DNA of 64,000 nucleotides from Trichodelitschia bisporula (taxonomy: Eukaryota): assembly GCA_010356995.1 (NCBI GenBank), contig ML996701.1:612963-676962 (forward strand), written 5' to 3'. The notes under the pieces were generated by a model that was given only the letters and a program-made list of their open reading frames with translations, was not told where the DNA came from and made no database searches. How positions within the stretch are numbered: the first letter of the stretch is position 1; every line of letters begins with the position of its first letter. This document shows, piece by piece, positions 60,461 through 64,000 of this stretch. A program made the translations under genes and the position numbers.

Positions 60461-61339
60461 TCACTCCAGGGTCACACTCGACTCGGGTGTGTACGACAAG
60501 AGCCGTCGGTGCTTGCGGCCGTGGTTCTTCAGGCCGTCGTCAGTCTGAATGTCCTCCTGCTTCCTCTTCTCCTTTGCATCTTCATCACGCTTCCCCTTGT
60601 GCTCTGCATCCTCCCCAAGCTCCCTCTTCTGCTCTGCATCCTCAGTACTCATCCTCCTATCCGTTCCGTATTTATAATGTTCATCCCGCCAGAACTCCGC
60701 GGAAGCATCGGTGGTCGCCGTGTTCGCACCCATGTACTCTCTGAGACTAGCACTAGTGACTTTCCGCACATCAGCCTTTGCACCCTCCATCGGCCCGCCC
60801 GTCTGAACCCAAGCAACAATGTTGTAATCGTTCCAGAACCAAGGATCATTGCGTAGCTCCCTATCGAGGTCGACGTTCGATGAATCAAACATCACCCTCA
60901 CGCGTTCGAAAAGGTTCAAATAGAGATCCAGATCCAGATCAAACGATTTGCGTTGCCACGCCATCTTGGCGATCATAGTGTCCATCTCCTTGTGCGGCAG
61001 TCTGCCGTATGTGGCGAACCATTTCCGACAAAACTGGACCCAGTCGTGATCTGCTGCTAAGCATTCGGTCTCGGCGAAGACTTCGCACTCCTTCCACTGA
61101 AGGAAACGCCTCGCATGGAACCTGAACCCATCTTCGGCTTCGGGGTTGTCGAGGTCTTTACTCGTATCCATGGATGGCCTTAGGAGGATATGGTTGGGAC
61201 GGTTCGTGAAGTCGATCAAGCGCTTGTCGCGGATTTCGTCTTGGGTAAGGATGTCGTGGGGGGGAGACGGCGGGGGGGTAGGCAGTAAGGATTTATGAGG
61301 GGAGCCGACAGTTTTGTTGCTATTAATGATGGTAGCCAT
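60461..61339 (-). CDS. Hypothetical protein (292 aa, single exon)
   Basis: Intact ORF from ATG 61339 with protein-like composition (PTPPPSP, aromatic-rich core, EDA-repeat charged tail). No recognised domain. Confidence 0.55.
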   Translation of the reverse strand: MATIINSNKTVGSPHKSLLPTPPPSPPHDILTQDEIRDKRLIDFTNRPNHILLRPSMDTSKDLDNPEAEDGFRFHARRFLQWKECEVFAETECLAADHDWVQFCRKWFATYGRLPHKEMDTMIAKMAWQRKSFDLDLDLYLNLFERVRVMFDSSNVDLDRELRNDPWFWNDYNIVAWVQTGGPMEGAKADVRKVTSASLREYMGANTATTDASAEFWRDEHYKYGTDRRMSTEDAEQKRELGEDAEHKGKRDEDAKEKRKQEDIQTDDGLKNHGRKHRRLLSYTPESSVTLE

Positions 61340-64000
61340 GATGTGCAATGTGTGACTGGCTCAATAACAGTGTGGGTCAGTTGGGCCGGGCCGCGTAAAC
61401 AATACATACCCACTCAACCTTCTCAGCTGGACCTTCCCATCATGTCCCGCAAATTGGAAAGCGGTAATCGTGAGGTAAGTCTTCTGGTTGGCGGGAATGA
61501 AGGGGAGGTACGTCTCGGACAGTTGGAGTAGGTACGTGTATTTTAAGTGGTCCGGCCCGCTGTCCAGACTGCTCCTGGAGCTTCAGTCCTCTTCAATCTT
61601 CAGCCGGTTCGACTATTCAGGAGAGCATCGCTATCGTTTGGTTATTGAAGTCTACGTGGAGTGCAAGAACAGATTGATCCATCCTTCATGTGACGTAAGG
61701 CCCCGATGCACCTGGCCCTTGAGATGAAGTAAAGAAGGAGAATTGGTATTCATGGAAGGAACATACTTACTGGGGGTAGTGACATACGAGTTTGGCATGA
61801 CTGGAAGGAAATTTGGGTGAGCCCGGATGGAGGATACTGTAGTGTGGTATGTTGCTTACGTGGCAAGCATCGCATCTGAATGGAAGTGGGCCCACCGCCC
61901 ACCTTTTGTAGTTCCTTGTTTTTCGTTTTATTTTCAGTCATGCGCTCGTCGTTCTGCAAAGCTGATGGTGATACTACAATTAGCTTTTCAGTGCCATCCA
62001 CGCAGGCTTGAGCAATCATAAGGGCAGTCCACGGACATGGAGGAAGTGGTTCGGAAGGAGACTCCCGAGCACTTGCTCCCTTTTGCAACGCCTTCTGATG
62101 GCATCAGCCATGGTCTTACCACCACGCGGCCTACGTCACCCAGTGCCCGGGACCAACTCTGACCACCGATATGCCAAAGATCTGCCACCAGGGAATGGGG
62201 TACGCTGATGTGGGTATAGAGAAGCATTCTTATGTAAGCAAGAGACATGATGCAATCTGACTATGGTAGAAGGAAGGAGCAAAGGAGGATACCTGGTATC
62301 GTGTATTCAGGTTTCAAGAGTCTCTCCGTCTCTTTCTCTCTTCGTCTTCTACTTCAACCTGCAATTTACACAGATGTCATTGCCTGTGTACGAGCCTTGC
62401 TCCCATCATACGCTCGCTCCTGCGAGATCCGACTCGCATACTGCAACACCTGACGGACTCACGCACACCGGCACTCGCAGCACCGATAGGAAATTCATAC
62501 GCATGAGGCGCTAGACTACCACCGCCCTCCTCGTCGACTTTCAGGCAAGAGATCTCAGATTCAAGGAGCGTCGTGCTCGGTTGTGCTGTAGTTCCTAGCG
62601 ACGAGCCCGTCCAGTGGGGTACTGGACCTCATTCCCCGCGGAGTTCGCACGTTCCGTGCGGGAAGTCCATCGGTATGCCGTCTCACAAAGCCAGATGCCG
62701 AGCCGCTTCATCAAGTGCACCCCAACAGCAACGCCCAAAGCCGATATCACATCCGCAACTTAACTCGGCCAGCCTTCCCTCAGCCCCAACCTGCCGATCC
62801 CGGTCCCGATCCACCCAATCGGCCCGAAACCCCATGCACACGGTGATCCGCGTTTCACCACCGACCCTACTCATAAAACACCGCAACGCCGAGTGTTTCC
62901 ACGCCCAAGCCCACAAAACACCCCCCCATCGTCCCGCATAAACGCACACCCTTCATGTCCCTCCGCAGTAAACGACGCATACGCCGCGCGCCTTGCATCT
63001 CGCAATGGAGCCTCAAACGGACCGCCGCAGGGCTGGCGACGCCACATTTCGGGCAGATAATGAATGCGGTGACATATCCCACGCGTGTCCCCGCGCGGAT
63101 CAAACTGCAATGGCGTCGCGCGCTCGCGACGTACACCGATTATATGCCACCGCGTCTCGCGTTCGCGATGCACGCGGATTATGCCACTGCATACGGATAC
63201 AGGCCCCCGCACTGTCCACAAAACCACGAAGTACACCGCCGCCGAACAGCCCCGCCGACCCCACTGCGAGCGGAACCGTTAAACTGAAACGAAACGCAGC
63301 CGGTGTTTGGCGTAGAGTGGGGAGTGGGGGCTAGGCCCTGGTTCTAGCCCCGCCGCGCCGCTGGCTGGGAACTCATGGTGGAGAAAGTCGCTGCCGCTGT
63401 CATTGGCATTGGGGGGCGCGGGGCGGGCAGGCACTTTGTCTACCGGGGAATGCAGACTCTGCATCTACCCCAAGCCCGCGCGCTCCACCGCACCAATCAC
63501 CCGCTTTCCCGACCTGCCTGCCAAGCGCCCAAGCGCGCACGCGCCGGGCGGCATCCCGGTTTGCTGCGGCTGGGGTGGGCGAGAGGGTGCCGAACCGCGG
63601 GGGTTTTTTTGGGGAGGAGAGGGGGAACAGACAGAGCCGAAGGATGAAAGTGCAGGCTTCAGATGGGGAAGGAGGGAGGCCGCAGGTATAGGGTGCCGAG
63701 GGAGATATAGGGTGCACAGGTTTGAGGGCTATTTGGACTGTACTCGTACTTGGGCGCGAGGTCACAGTGGAGGGAGGACGCGGACGCGGCGCGAAGACGC
63801 TGCGTCTGGATGTTGCGCGGTGGGCGACGGTGGGCGACGGTGTGGCTGGCTTGCGGGTTCGGCGTTGGGTGCGATGTACGACGCGAGGAGGGGAGTGGGC
63901 AGGGATGGAGGGTGTATAGAGATTTTGGGTTGAGAGAATTGGATGAAGGAAAGGTTGTCCGCGATGGTGGGAGGATGGGAAGCAGAAGAATTGATGCTGC

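Overview
This is GC-rich, intron-containing DNA from a filamentous ascomycete (Pezizomycotina; a Dothideomycete-like origin is inferred from gene style). Recognisable genes are rpn8, a secretory lipase, pex16, mif2/CENP-C, tubulin cofactor B, a Myb transcription factor, HookA/Hok1, an F-box protein, scd6/Lsm14 (hosting an intronic snR52-like C/D snoRNA), a SWIRM protein and rrp36. There are also several secreted or orphan proteins, an E2 pseudogene, and patches of decayed copia, LINE, NACHT and HEPN-like fragments. The most notable features are: (1) two abnormally long, extensively self-complementary introns (631 and 986 nt) in the convergent mif2 and TBCB genes, one with an Sm-site-like element, which are candidate undescribed structured RNAs; (2) a Myb factor that appears to start at a GUG in perfect Kozak context 10 nt after a uORF stop; (3) a Hook gene with two GC-AG introns, one of which encodes an alternative C-terminus if retained; (4) a standalone secreted SH3b-like, Cys-rich peptide. 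All splice models and base pairings were derived by hand; no searches or folding programs were run.
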